Of a DNA stretch of 64,000 nucleotides, positions 10,763 to 20,718 are shown in pieces. This stretch comes from Longimicrobiales bacterium (GTDB lineage Bacteria; Gemmatimonadota; Gemmatimonadetes; Longimicrobiales; Gaopeijiaceae), in NCBI GenBank assembly GCA_965249725.1, contig CBDFMQ010000001.1, forward strand, positions 128,001-192,000, read 5' to 3'. A model generated the notes under the pieces. That model was not told the DNA's origin, did no database searches, and saw nothing but the letters and a program-made list of their open reading frames with translations. The translations under genes and the position numbers were made by a program. The stretch's first letter is position 1, and the number at the start of each line of letters is the position of its first letter.

Positions 10763-11559
10763 CTGAAGCCGACTCCTAGAGCCGAGGGAAGTGAGGCGAT
10801 GGAATCTATGATCAGGTCAGGCTTCGGGGCTCCACGCCCCAGATCCTCATCGCGGAACTTGCCGGTGCGCACAAGAACCGCCGCTGAGTCGCACGCCTGT
10901 GCGCCCACCACGTCGGTACCGATGTCGTCACCCACGACCGCCATGTTGAAGAGGTCTACTCCCATCGAGTCGGCCGCGGCTTGGAAGAAGGCTGGGCTGG
11001 GCTTGCCCATGACCTGGGCTTCCTGCCCCGTAGCATACTCGAGTGCCGTCACGAAGGCCCCCGCGTCGAGGGCCAACCCCTGACCGGTGTCCCAGTAGCG
11101 GTTCCGCTGGAGAGCGACGAACTCGGCGCCCTCCATGAGGTGATTGAAGGACCGGTTCAGGCGGCTGAAGTCCCAGCCGGCCCCAAGATCTCCAACGACG
11201 ACGGCCTGTGGTGACGTCTCGTTCACGGTGAAGTGACTGAAGTCGGCGTGCGTGGCTTCGGGGACACAGAGCGAGACGTTCCAAAGTCCCTTCTGCTCCA
11301 GCCAAGACGCGGCGGCCAAGGGAGCCGTGAGCACCTCTTCGGCTTCGAGCTCGAGACCCAGACGGTGCATTCGTTCCACCAGTGCAGCGCGAGACATGCG
11401 TGTGGTGTTGGTGCCGAAGCACATGGGTAGGCCGCCTCGCCGGAGCGCGGCTACGGCATCGGCGGCGCCGGGAATGAGCCGGTCTCCGATGAAGACCGTC
11501 CCGTCCAGGTCGAGGAGGACGCCCTTGATGTCCTCGAGCTGTTCCATGTCCTGAGCCAT
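10759..11559 (-). CDS. HAD-IIA hydrolase (LHPP/HDHD2-like)
   Basis: DLDGT, TNTT, MGKPSPAFF, VGDDIGTDV and LVRTGKFR motifs; 4-bp overlap with the desaturase gene. Confidence 0.9.
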   Translation of the reverse strand: MAQDMEQLEDIKGVLLDLDGTVFIGDRLIPGAADAVAALRRGGLPMCFGTNTTRMSRAALVERMHRLGLELEAEEVLTAPLAAASWLEQKGLWNVSLCVPEATHADFSHFTVNETSPQAVVVGDLGAGWDFSRLNRSFNHLMEGAEFVALQRNRYWDTGQGLALDAGAFVTALEYATGQEAQVMGKPSPAFFQAAADSMGVDLFNMAVVGDDIGTDVVGAQACDSAAVLVRTGKFRDEDLGRGAPKPDLIIDSIASLPSALGVGFS

Positions 11560-11734
11560 CTATCGCAGTTTCCCGGTTGGAGCCGCGCGTGGAGCGGGGG
11601 CCAAGTCTGGACCGCACCGTCGAGCCGGGACAAAGTAGAGTGACTTCCGGAGACGGTCCATGGCGTACTTCCCCCGGGTCCATCGGGTTCCTACTGTCTT
11701 GGGGAGTACTGGGCTTCTCATCGCGGAGGTAGGC

Positions 11735-12184
11735 ATGTCGATCTGGCGAAGCGCCTTGTCGATCTTGGGCGCGTTCTTTGTCGTGGCGGTATTGGTGGGG
11801 GTGGCTACGCCTGTTGCCTCCAACGTCATGTTGGGGGGCATGGGCCCGGATGTAGAGCTCACTGCGGCGTACCTCGTGGTGAATGTGACCTACAGCGCTT
11901 TGATCGCCGTAATCGGAGGATATGTTGCGGCCACGGTCTCAGATCACTCGCCACTGGGGCACGCGGCCGGGTTGGCGGGGGTCATGATGGTTCTGGGCCT
12001 CGCCTCGTGGCTGATCGTCAACCGTGGGGATCCGGTTTCGGGACAACCCTCGTGGTATCCGTTCGTGACGAGCTTGCTGGTGCCACCGATGGCGATCCTA
12101 GGGGGCGTCCTCGTCACCCGTCGAACACGAAGCAAGACACAGTTCAGCCGGCGTGCGCGGGAGGCCGCGGCCTCCGACACATAG
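11735..12184 (+). CDS. Small 4-TM membrane protein
   Basis: GGAGG RBS before ATG 11735; four hydrophobic segments. Confidence 0.7.
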   Translation: MSIWRSALSILGAFFVVAVLVGVATPVASNVMLGGMGPDVELTAAYLVVNVTYSALIAVIGGYVAATVSDHSPLGHAAGLAGVMMVLGLASWLIVNRGDPVSGQPSWYPFVTSLLVPPMAILGGVLVTRRTRSKTQFSRRAREAAASDT

Positions 12185-12199
12185 GAAGGGGCCCCAGAT

Positions 12200-12979
12200 A
12201 TGATTGCTTTCACCAACATCGCCTTCTATGCGCTCATCGGCGCAGCGACGCCGACCACGTCCGCTCCCTCCGTGGTATCCGATCCGGGTCCCGATCAGTT
12301 CGCTCCCGAGACGGTAGCCGAGGTCGTGGAAGCCATGATCGAGCGGTACGTCGGCATGTGGTATCGCGACTTCACGTTCGTTCAGACCACGAGCTTCTAT
12401 GACGCCGAAGAGAACGTGTCCCGCACCGAAACCTGGTACGAGTCCATCAGACTGCCGGGCAAGCTCCGCATCGACGTAGACCCGGTCGACCAGGGCCGGA
12501 TCATCATGTTCAACGACAACACGATCTATCAGTTCCAGGGCGGAGAACTGCAGGGGTCGCAGGCCACCGTCCATCCGCTCCTTCTCATGGGCTTCGACGT
12601 CTACTTCATGCCGGTCTATGAAGTGCTCGAGAAGCTCGAAGGCCTCGGGGTCGACCTGGACAAGATGCACGAGTCCACATGGCAGGATCGACCCGTATAC
12701 GTGCTCGGTGCCGACGAGGGAGACGAGACCTCACACCAGTTCTGGATCGACCAGGAGCGACTCGTGTTCGTCCGCGAGATCAACGGGGATTCCGAGACGC
12801 AGTTCAACAAGTACGAACGGTTGGGTCGGGCCTGGGTTGCGCCGGAGGTGGTGTTCATGAACGCGGGCAAGGTCACCCTGCTCGAGGAGTACTATGACAT
12901 GAGTGTCGAGCGAGAGCTGGACGACAGCGCGTTCTTACCCGAAGGAAGCGTACGGCCCTCCTGGATTCCTGAGGGGTAG
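12200..12979 (+). CDS. Exported protein, possibly LolA-like lipoprotein-carrier fold
   Basis: N-terminal hydrophobic segment; FTFVQTT, TWYE...PGKLRID and QFWIDQERLVFVR pattern typical of LolA-like proteins. Fold assignment is inference. Confidence 0.55.
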   Translation: MIAFTNIAFYALIGAATPTTSAPSVVSDPGPDQFAPETVAEVVEAMIERYVGMWYRDFTFVQTTSFYDAEENVSRTETWYESIRLPGKLRIDVDPVDQGRIIMFNDNTIYQFQGGELQGSQATVHPLLLMGFDVYFMPVYEVLEKLEGLGVDLDKMHESTWQDRPVYVLGADEGDETSHQFWIDQERLVFVREINGDSETQFNKYERLGRAWVAPEVVFMNAGKVTLLEEYYDMSVERELDDSAFLPEGSVRPSWIPEG

Positions 12980-12990
12980 CGGGAGCCCAG

Positions 12991-14538
12991 CTAGCGTCTG
13001 ATCAGTCGGGTCGTTCCCGCGTTCACCGCACCTACGACGTCCCCCTCGGCGTCACGCTCGATCATCATGACGTCGCCGTCGCTCGTTTCGAACCACTCGT
13101 CGGCGGAGGTCGAATAGAAGACCATCGTGCCCTGACCCGGCACGACGACTTCGAGCGTGCCATCCTCACCGGGCCGGAACTCGATCTCGAAGTCGGGCAC
13201 TCCCTCGATCTCGTACTCTCCGCTGAGCGCGTCGACCACGGACGCGTCGAGGGTCACACGAGACTTGGTCTCGGGCCTGTTGATCGGCCAGTCGCCCGCG
13301 TCGGCGACGGAGCGGGCGATCTCTCCGGCAAGAGCAGAGCCGCGGTCTCCATTCGTCATGATGGCGTATCCGAGCCGCAAATGGCGCAGCACCTGCCAGT
13401 TCGCCCTGAATCCGGCATTCGAGCCTCCGTGGCCGAACGAGGCGTGCCCCTCCCGCTCACCGAGCCCGAATCCGAGTCCATGGTCGTTGAACCCTTCGGC
13501 GCCGTCGCGATTCGGGGTGAGCATCTGTTCCAGCATCCCCTGGGAGATCACCCCGTCCGTGATCTCTCCGTCGAGAATCTTCAGAAGATGCACGGACACG
13601 CGGGCCAGCTCGGTGGGAGTGGTCCAGAGTCCCGCCGCGGCCTGCTCGGGGTAGGTATGCCATTCACCCTCCACCTCGGATCCATCTCCACGGTGCGCCC
13701 TCGCAGCCTCGTCCCAACGATCCTCCGGCAGAGGCTGCTCGTATGTAGAGAGGGACATGCCCGCAGGGCCGAGCACGCGCTCGGCGACGACCTCGGGGAA
13801 CGACCTTCCTGAGATGTCCTCCAGAGCCTGCTCCATGACCGTGTATCCACCTCCCGAGTACTGCCAGGAAGTCCCCGGGACCTTGTAGACGCGCACCGGG
13901 TCGGTGTTGCCCTCCCCGTCCAGTACATGGGCATTGGTGGCGAGAGCCTGATCCGTCCGGAACGGCTCGTCCTTTCGGTAGCCGGGGAATCCCCAGACGG
14001 TTGTCCCCGCCGAATGCGTGAGCAGCCCGCGGAGCGTCACAGCCGAGTCGCCTGTGAACTCGTTGTCGGGCAAGGTCCAGCTGGTGAGGTAGTCGTTGAT
14101 CGGAGCGTCGAGTTCGAGGCGGCCTTCCTCGACCAGCGAGAGGGCGGCGAGCGCACCCACGGGCTTGGAGATCGAAGCCGCCTGGAAGAGTGTCTCGACC
14201 GTGGCCGGACTCCCGGTCCCCGTGTCGGCGACGCCCCATGCCTTGGCCCACACGATCTCGCCCTCTTCGATCACGGCCACGCTCACGGCCGGCACCGAGT
14301 AGTGGTCCATCCGTTCCGCCAGCGTCCATCCCTGGAGGGTCTCACCCTCTAGGACGACCGCTGGCATCAGAGCATTCTCGACCGCAGAAACCCAGTCGCT
14401 AACGTCACGTGCATCAGGCTCGGCCGCGTCGGGAGGGGTGGTGCAGGCGACGGCGAAGAGGAGGAGGGCGCCCACAAGACGTTTGACTGTGCTGGGTGTC
14501 GCGGGCACTGGCTCTGCTCCTTGTCTGGCTTGGCTCAT
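12991..14538 (-). CDS. Serine hydrolase, beta-lactamase class C-like lipoprotein
   Basis: FQAASISK (SxxK), LLTHSAG, WQYSGGG and FGHGGSNAGF; lipobox-like AVAC. Confidence 0.88.
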   Translation of the reverse strand: MSQARQGAEPVPATPSTVKRLVGALLLFAVACTTPPDAAEPDARDVSDWVSAVENALMPAVVLEGETLQGWTLAERMDHYSVPAVSVAVIEEGEIVWAKAWGVADTGTGSPATVETLFQAASISKPVGALAALSLVEEGRLELDAPINDYLTSWTLPDNEFTGDSAVTLRGLLTHSAGTTVWGFPGYRKDEPFRTDQALATNAHVLDGEGNTDPVRVYKVPGTSWQYSGGGYTVMEQALEDISGRSFPEVVAERVLGPAGMSLSTYEQPLPEDRWDEAARAHRGDGSEVEGEWHTYPEQAAAGLWTTPTELARVSVHLLKILDGEITDGVISQGMLEQMLTPNRDGAEGFNDHGLGFGLGEREGHASFGHGGSNAGFRANWQVLRHLRLGYAIMTNGDRGSALAGEIARSVADAGDWPINRPETKSRVTLDASVVDALSGEYEIEGVPDFEIEFRPGEDGTLEVVVPGQGTMVFYSTSADEWFETSDGDVMMIERDAEGDVVGAVNAGTTRLIRR

Positions 14539-14554
14539 GGCGGGCACCCCAGCA

Positions 14555-14818
14555 TCACCTGCGGTCCGCAGGCACCCCGTACGGATATAGATCACTCAGT
14601 GTGGCGTGTTCGTACGGCAGTGCGTCGAGAAACGTGGTGCCCACGAAGGGCCCCGGAGCCTCGACCACGATGATGGTCCGCGCGTACCCCGTCTCGTCGA
14701 AGCCGCGTCGGAAATGCACGCGCGACTTGACCACAAAGACGTCGTAGTCGTCGGGTTCGATCGAACCGAGTCGGAAGCTCTCCGGATACAGAACCTGCGT
14801 GTAGGCGGGCGAGAGCAT
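14555..14818 (-). pseudogene. C-terminal remnant of an MlrC/M81-family metallopeptidase
   Basis: VFVVKSRVHFRRGF...IIVVEAPGP...LYP matches the MlrC C-terminus; only about 87 codons remain and the N-terminal domain is absent. Confidence 0.6.
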
Positions 14819-14837
14819 CTTCGGACATGAACTCGAC

Positions 14838-16244
14838 TTACGCCAGCTTGTCCAAGGCGACGCCGGTCTCGGGCTCGAACCAGCCCCGGCGACTCCCGAT
14901 GACATAGACGATGGCCCCCGCGCCGAGCGTGGCGAGAGCGGCTCCGGTCGGTACCGGGGCTCCGATCAACCCGTTGATCCACGCAGCGATCGTGATCACC
15001 AGGAAGATCAAGGCCGGAAGCGGATGGAGCGGTGTCCGGAAGACGTCGTCTGTCGTACTGGGCCCCTGGTCCGCGGCATCGGCCTGGCGCCGGAAGACGA
15101 AGAGCGTCACGACCGTGAGCCCGTTGAAGAGCAACAGCGAAGAGCCGATGTAGATGAGCAGAGTCTCGAACGTACCCGTCAGGGCCAGAGCCGCTGCGAG
15201 TACGCCCTGGGCCACGATGGCTGCGATGGGGACATGTCCTTTATCAGAAATGCGACCCAGGAGCTGCGGTGCCACCCCATCTCGGGCCATGGCGAAGTAG
15301 ATCCGGGGGCCCACTGCGGTCATGGCGCTCACGGACCCGAACATCGCGAGCGCGATGATGCTCGTGACCACGAGCGAGCCCTGGAGGCCGAACAACCGCT
15401 CGGCGGCCAACTGCCCGACGGCGATGGCCGGTTCCCACTCGGCGTGGGGCAGGGCGTAGAAGAAGAGCGCATTGATGAGGAGATAGAGCGTCGTCACGAA
15501 GAGTGTCCCGCCCAGTATCGCCCTGGGGAGGTTCTTCGTGGGATCGCGGACCTCCCCGGCGATGTACGCGGCGGCGTTCCATCCCGCGTACGCGTAAGTC
15601 ACCTGTAGGAGGGCCACCCACCAGTTGCTCCCGGGGTCACTGCGAGCGACGAGACCCGACCACGAGCCGTTCCCGGTAGAGAACCCGGCCAGGACCATGA
15701 CCATGATCGAACCCACCACCACGGTGGCCAGCGTCGTCTGGACTCCTCCGCTCCACCGTATGCCCACCGAGTGGACCAGGGTGAGCAGGAGAACCATCAG
15801 GGACGCCCCCGCGGCGCCCTGGCTGATCGCGAGCCCTTCGATGAGGGGGGCGTCCGGGCTCCACCCGCCGAACAGAGGCGCAAGGTAAGCCATCACCCCG
15901 AGAGCCGACGCCGCCATGGCGGCCGAGAATCCCACGATGAACGAGGTCCATCCGCTCAGAAAGCCCCACACCCGACCGAGTCCCCGGGTCAGGTAGCGGT
16001 ACTCGCCCCCGGCAGCGGGCATGTGGGTGGCGAGTTCCGAATAGCAGAGTGCGCCGCACAGGGCCAGGAACCCGGCTGCCGCCCACACCCCCAGGGAGGC
16101 CAGGGAGCTGCCGGTCGCGACACGCACGAAGGCGGGGACGGTGAAGATCCCCGAACCGATCATGTTGCTTACGACGAACGCCCCGGCGCCAACGGCGCCC
16201 AACGTGCGGACCAGGCCTTCTGCGCCGACCTCATTCTTTGACAT
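14838..16244 (-). CDS. APC-family amino acid permease
   Basis: NMIGSGIF, YSELATHMPAAGGEY, YAYAGWN, GEVRDPTKNLPRA and PRIYFAMARDG; about 12 TM. Confidence 0.92.
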   Translation of the reverse strand: MSKNEVGAEGLVRTLGAVGAGAFVVSNMIGSGIFTVPAFVRVATGSSLASLGVWAAAGFLALCGALCYSELATHMPAAGGEYRYLTRGLGRVWGFLSGWTSFIVGFSAAMAASALGVMAYLAPLFGGWSPDAPLIEGLAISQGAAGASLMVLLLTLVHSVGIRWSGGVQTTLATVVVGSIMVMVLAGFSTGNGSWSGLVARSDPGSNWWVALLQVTYAYAGWNAAAYIAGEVRDPTKNLPRAILGGTLFVTTLYLLINALFFYALPHAEWEPAIAVGQLAAERLFGLQGSLVVTSIIALAMFGSVSAMTAVGPRIYFAMARDGVAPQLLGRISDKGHVPIAAIVAQGVLAAALALTGTFETLLIYIGSSLLLFNGLTVVTLFVFRRQADAADQGPSTTDDVFRTPLHPLPALIFLVITIAAWINGLIGAPVPTGAALATLGAGAIVYVIGSRRGWFEPETGVALDKLA

Positions 16245-16307
16245 CAGACGGCGCCTTCCAAGTGGTGCCTCTCGCTGGGGCTTCTCGCTGAGCTCCTCGC
16301 TGGGCCC

Positions 16308-17975
16308 CTAGGCCAGTCCTACGATCTCACCGTCGTCCTTGATCGACATGCCCATTGCGGCCGGCCGGGCCGCGAGCCCGGGCATCGTCATGATGTTAAC
16401 CGTTTTCGCGACCACGAAGCCTGCGCCCGCCGATGGTGTCACATCGCGAACGGTGAGCTTGAAACCACTCGGTCTTGCGAGTAGGGCAGGGTTGTCGGAG
16501 AAGGAGTACTGCGTCTTGGCGATACACACAGGCACCTCGCGCATACCGATGGACTCGAGTCGGTCGATGGCGTTCGAGGCCTCGTCCAGGAAGTCCACAC
16601 CGTCGGCTCCGTAGATCTCCGTCGCGATGACCCCGATCTTCTCCCGCAGGCCCATGTCATCGGGGTACAGAGGCTGATAGTTGGCTTCCCCGGACTCCAC
16701 GACCTCGCTGACGACGTCGGCGAGCTCCAGGCAGCCGGTCCCGGTCTGCCCGTGTGGGTCGGCTTCGACGACCAACACGCCCCACTCCTCGCAGGCCTCC
16801 CTCAGTGCGGCCACCTCGGCATCCGTGTCGGTGGCGAACCGATTGATGGCCACCACGGGCGGAACTCCGAATTTCATGACGTTTTCGACGTGGGCCTGAA
16901 GGTTGACCGCCCCCGACTTGAGGGCTTCAACGTTCTCGGATTTCAGATCGTCCTTGGCCATCCCCCCGTGCATCTTGAGCGCGCGGATGGTCGCGACGAC
17001 CACCACCGCCTGGGGCTCGAGCCCGCCCATGCGACACTTGATGTCGAAGAACTTCTCGGCGCCGAGATCGGCCCCGAAGCCGGCTTCCGTCACGACGATG
17101 TCGCCCAGAGCGATTCCCGCGCGGGTAGCGATGAGCGAGTTGCAGCCGTGCGCGATGTTGGCGAACGGGCCTCCGTGCACGAACGCAGGCGTGCCGCCAA
17201 GGGTCTGCACCAGGTTCGGGTTGATGGCCTCCTGAAGAAGCAGGGTCATCGCGCCCGGGGCTTCGAGCTCCGCCGCGCGGATGGGGTCACCCTGACGTGT
17301 GGAGGCCACGATGATGTTGCCCAGTCTGGCCGTGAGGTCCTTCAGGGAGTCGGCCAGACAGAAGATCGCCATGATCTCCGATGCAGCCGTGATGACGAAA
17401 CCGTCCTCGCGAGGGATCCCACCGGTCCTGCCGCCCAAGCCCAGGACGACGTGGCGCAGGGCTCGATCGTTCATGTCCACCGTGCGGGGCCATGTGATCT
17501 GCCGATGATCGATCTCCAGGCTGTTGGGCCGGAACAGGTGGTTGTCCAGCATGGCCGAGAGGAGCGCATGTGCGGAGGTAATCGCGTGAAAATCACCGGT
17601 GAAGTGCAAGTTGATGTCCGCCATCGGAATCACCTGTGAGTATCCGCCCCCTGCGGCTCCGCCCTTAATGCCGAAGACCGGGCCCAAGCTGGGCTCCCGC
17701 AGGCACAGGACTGGGTTTCGCTCCCGTAGCGTCAGCGCATCGGCGAGTCCGACCGCGACGGTAGATTTCCCCTCGCCCGCCCGTGTCGGGCTGATGCCCG
17801 TAACCAGAACGAGCTTCCCGTTCCGGCTCTCATGATTGTTGATCACCCCCAAGGGCACCTTCGCCTTGTAGTGGCCGTACGGCTCGATGTCCGTGGCGCC
17901 GAGGCCTACCTTGGCGGCAATCTCGGTGATCGGCCCCAGCTCGGCAGATTGTGCAATCTCGATATCGGTCAGCAT
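16308..17975 (-). CDS. fhs: Formate-tetrahydrofolate ligase
   Basis: TDIEIAQ, PTRAGEGKST, GIKGGAAGGGYSQV, HFTGDFHAI, HGGPFANIAHGCNS and TEAGFGADLGAEKF. Confidence 0.97.
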   Translation of the reverse strand: MLTDIEIAQSAELGPITEIAAKVGLGATDIEPYGHYKAKVPLGVINNHESRNGKLVLVTGISPTRAGEGKSTVAVGLADALTLRERNPVLCLREPSLGPVFGIKGGAAGGGYSQVIPMADINLHFTGDFHAITSAHALLSAMLDNHLFRPNSLEIDHRQITWPRTVDMNDRALRHVVLGLGGRTGGIPREDGFVITAASEIMAIFCLADSLKDLTARLGNIIVASTRQGDPIRAAELEAPGAMTLLLQEAINPNLVQTLGGTPAFVHGGPFANIAHGCNSLIATRAGIALGDIVVTEAGFGADLGAEKFFDIKCRMGGLEPQAVVVVATIRALKMHGGMAKDDLKSENVEALKSGAVNLQAHVENVMKFGVPPVVAINRFATDTDAEVAALREACEEWGVLVVEADPHGQTGTGCLELADVVSEVVESGEANYQPLYPDDMGLREKIGVIATEIYGADGVDFLDEASNAIDRLESIGMREVPVCIAKTQYSFSDNPALLARPSGFKLTVRDVTPSAGAGFVVAKTVNIMTMPGLAARPAAMGMSIKDDGEIVGLA

Positions 17976-18166
17976 GGTCGTCCCGTGTCAGTCGATTCTG
18001 ATGTTGGCCGCTCCTTCGGCGTCCCGAACGGCTCCGGTCGCTCGCACCATGGCGTTCCGCGCACGGCGGTCTAGGCATCACGGCGGTTCAGGCTGGGGTT
18101 TCGGTCCGGATTCTGCAAGAGGGTTCATCCCAATTTCCGGACCGACTCACAGACCCACGGCCCGTT

Positions 18167-18574
18167 CTACTCGACCAGAACCGTGCCCCTCATGAAGGGG
18201 TGGGGCGCACAGTGGTAGGGGAACGATCCTGTCTCGCCGAATTGGAACGTGAAGGAGTCACCGATTCCGAGGAGGGGGGCATCCCATACTTCGGAGTCCG
18301 AGACCGAGTTGTGCAAATCGGTCTCGGGGGGCTCGCAGTAGACCCACGTAACGCTGCTACCCCGCGGTACCCGGATTTCGGCCGGGACGAAGGCGAAATC
18401 AACGATCTGCACGATGGTCGTGTTGATTCCCACGACGCCCGGCGCCAGCGGAAGCGAGCAGTCGGCGGTCACGCCGACAATCGGATCATCGCGGTCCGAA
18501 AAGCACGATAGCATTGCCACGACAGAAAGAACCGCCGAGACTGCGATGACGCGCCTGACAGTGTTCGGCCTCAT
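18167..18574 (-). CDS. Amicyanin/plastocyanin-like blue copper lipoprotein
   Basis: Real start at 18574 (ATGA overlap with upstream stop); lipobox-like MLSC; type-1 Cu ligands LHNSV...YHCAPHPFMRGTVLVE. Confidence 0.85.
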   Translation of the reverse strand: MRPNTVRRVIAVSAVLSVVAMLSCFSDRDDPIVGVTADCSLPLAPGVVGINTTIVQIVDFAFVPAEIRVPRGSSVTWVYCEPPETDLHNSVSDSEVWDAPLLGIGDSFTFQFGETGSFPYHCAPHPFMRGTVLVE

Positions 18575-19635
18575 GGTGTTTCTCCTTCGACGATGACGAC
18601 GCCGGTCATCTCCGGGTGCGGCACACAGAAGAACGGGAACTCCCCAGGCGTGTCGAAGGTGTACCCCCAGGACTCGCCGGGCGGTAGGAGAGGTGAGCCC
18701 CAGACGGATGTGGTGGACGTGCTCGTGTGCGCGACCACATCGCGGTTCACCCAGACGACGCGCGAGCCCACCGGGATCGAGATGCGCTCCATTCCAAACT
18801 CCAAGTCCTGGATGATGACGTACACGGTGTTCTGCTCGATCCCGGTCGCTGCGACGTCGGTGTCCGATTCCGTCGAACCTCGGGGCAGGAATCGGCTCAC
18901 GGTCAACGGGATTGTGAACTCGAACCCCCACCGCGTTCCGGAGCCCCCACGCGACGCCCCCTGCAGGGTCGACGTGTTCGTATTCGTCAACTGAATCGAA
19001 AGGGTATGGGGCGTATAGGGCACGGCGACTTGCACGGCTCTTCCCCACGCGACCTTCTCGGAGTCGGTCCGGTCCATCAAGGTGGTGACGTCCCCGGCCA
19101 ACGCGACGAAGTCGTTCAGGCGCAGGACAGCGCCCCCTCCCAGCGCGACTCGGCCTTCGCCGGCGCCGTAGCCGTCACTGAACGTCCGTACTGCACCGAG
19201 TAGGCGAAGCGGGCCCGCGGGGAGGGAGAGAGAGAGTTCTGCGTCGGCGCTACGCGCGGCGTCGTTGTACGCGAACGTTACCGCCGCGTCCAACGGTCCG
19301 TCTCCCTCCGAAGTCAGCGGAGCCCACCGACCGAAGAGTTCCCACTCGTTCGGAATCCGCGAGACGAGGTCCGAATTAGACGAGTACTTCGCTCCGATCA
19401 GAGTCCGCCCCGGAAGGGAATAGCTCGTGACGAGAGTCGGAACGTTCGACACCTTCTTCGTCGGCGGTTCGCCCGATCGAAACCTGTGGAGGAAGTTGAA
19501 ATGGAGTATCTGCGGCCTGCCCACCCAGCCGCCCGACAGGTTCGGCGTCCGATCCAACACGGACTGCGCCGCGGCGATGTCTGGCAGGCTCCCCCAGAGG
19601 AGAAGCAGGCAGATGCACGACGAGAGTGACTTCAC
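18571..19635 (-). CDS. Outer-membrane beta-barrel (DUF5777-like) fused to a C-terminal cupredoxin
   Basis: Signal peptide AAA-Q; alternating amphipathic strands (HFNFLHRF, HTLSIQLTNT, WGFEFTIPL); C-terminal VAHTST...FFCVPHPEMTG type-1 Cu site. Confidence 0.7.
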   Translation of the reverse strand: MKSLSSCICLLLLWGSLPDIAAAQSVLDRTPNLSGGWVGRPQILHFNFLHRFRSGEPPTKKVSNVPTLVTSYSLPGRTLIGAKYSSNSDLVSRIPNEWELFGRWAPLTSEGDGPLDAAVTFAYNDAARSADAELSLSLPAGPLRLLGAVRTFSDGYGAGEGRVALGGGAVLRLNDFVALAGDVTTLMDRTDSEKVAWGRAVQVAVPYTPHTLSIQLTNTNTSTLQGASRGGSGTRWGFEFTIPLTVSRFLPRGSTESDTDVAATGIEQNTVYVIIQDLEFGMERISIPVGSRVVWVNRDVVAHTSTSTTSVWGSPLLPPGESWGYTFDTPGEFPFFCVPHPEMTGVVIVEGETP

Positions 19636-19785
19636 GCTGGGCTCCTAGATCGTTGGCGGGGCGCAGCCAAGGCGTGAGGCACCGCCGGATGCATATCGCA
19701 CCCGACGATGCCCCTCAGCCCGGCTCAGAGAGGCCCCACCGCTTGGTGTGGCCGAAGTCGGACCCGAGAATCCAACCCCTCGGGC

Positions 19786-20538
19786 CTAATTGTTGTTCGC
19801 GCCGCCCTGCGTCCACGCCCGGATGATGTCGATCACGGCCTTGGCCAAAGGCGTACCGCCGCGTGGCATCTGTGCACCCGAGCCCCCTACGTCGGCTTGG
19901 GTACCCAGGAGCTTGTGAATGAGATAGCTGGCGGCGGGGTCGCCCGGCTCGATGCGAGCCAAGCCCGCCTGCCCCGCAGTCACGCTCACGATGTTCGCGA
20001 AAGCGACACCCGCGGTGAGATCCATACCCTGGGGCGAGCCTGCGCCCGTATGGCATCCAGCAAAGGCACAACTCATGGTGAAGATCGGTTGGACGTCGGC
20101 ATCGAAGCGAGCAGAAGCGACCGCGTCACCCTCGCTCGTGCCAGAAACCGACTCGCTCGTGGCCGTGATCGTCGCCGAGCCTGCTCCGACGGCTTCCACC
20201 GTGGCGCTGGTGCCATCTCCGGTCACCGTTATGGCCGTCGCGTCACTCGACTCCCACGTGACCGTGGCGTCAGCGATCGTCCCGCCCGACGCATCGGTGA
20301 CGTCGACGCTCAGTTCGAGCACATCGCCGATCGCCAGTGCGAACGATTCAAGGGAGAATGCAACCGCCGCAGGTCCCGCAGGAGGCGGAGGCGGCGGTGG
20401 TGGTGGGGGAGGAGGAGGAGGTGGTGGGGGAGGAGGTGGTGGAGGGGTGACCACTTGGGTCGGGTCGTCGCCTCCGCCGCACGCCGTCATGACACCTCCC
20501 AGCAACACCACTACGGTAATCAGACGAAAAAGCCTCAT
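19786..20538 (-). CDS. Lipoprotein: poly-Pro linker, bacterial Ig-like domain, cytochrome c-like domain (CX4CH)
   Basis: Lipobox-like MTAC; 22 prolines; VTWESSDATAITV...GSATITATS (Big_2-like); FDADVQPIF..SCAFAGCH...PGDPAASYL...QMP...IRAW. Confidence 0.78.
   Translation of the reverse strand: MRLFRLITVVVLLGGVMTACGGGDDPTQVVTPPPPPPPPPPPPPPPPPPPPPPAGPAAVAFSLESFALAIGDVLELSVDVTDASGGTIADATVTWESSDATAITVTGDGTSATVEAVGAGSATITATSESVSGTSEGDAVASARFDADVQPIFTMSCAFAGCHTGAGSPQGMDLTAGVAFANIVSVTAGQAGLARIEPGDPAASYLIHKLLGTQADVGGSGAQMPRGGTPLAKAVIDIIRAWTQGGANNN
20380..20445 (-). repeat. Run of 22 proline codons (CCN)
   Basis: Plus strand (NGG)22 with mixed first positions, encoding P22 on the minus strand. Confidence 0.9.
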
Positions 20539-20718
20539 ACATCTCTCCCTGTCGTGAAATATGAATCGATCAAGCTTGGAGGTCGGCACGACGCACGGAC
20601 CTTAATCGCCTTCTTACGTGCGGAACAGGGTGGCATTACAGGTGCCTACAAGAGGTTGGGCTCGAGGTAGCCTCGAGCGACTGACCGGGGCACGGGCGGC
20701 CTGAGAGGGTAGACGTCG

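Noticed and set aside
16271..16302. CTCGCTG three times
   Set aside because: Too short and irregularly spaced (13 and 12 nt) to be a CRISPR array or a supported operator.
19952..20557. Plus-strand poly-Gly ORF
   Set aside because: Reverse complement of the poly-Pro lipoprotein, which has the lipobox and domain motifs.
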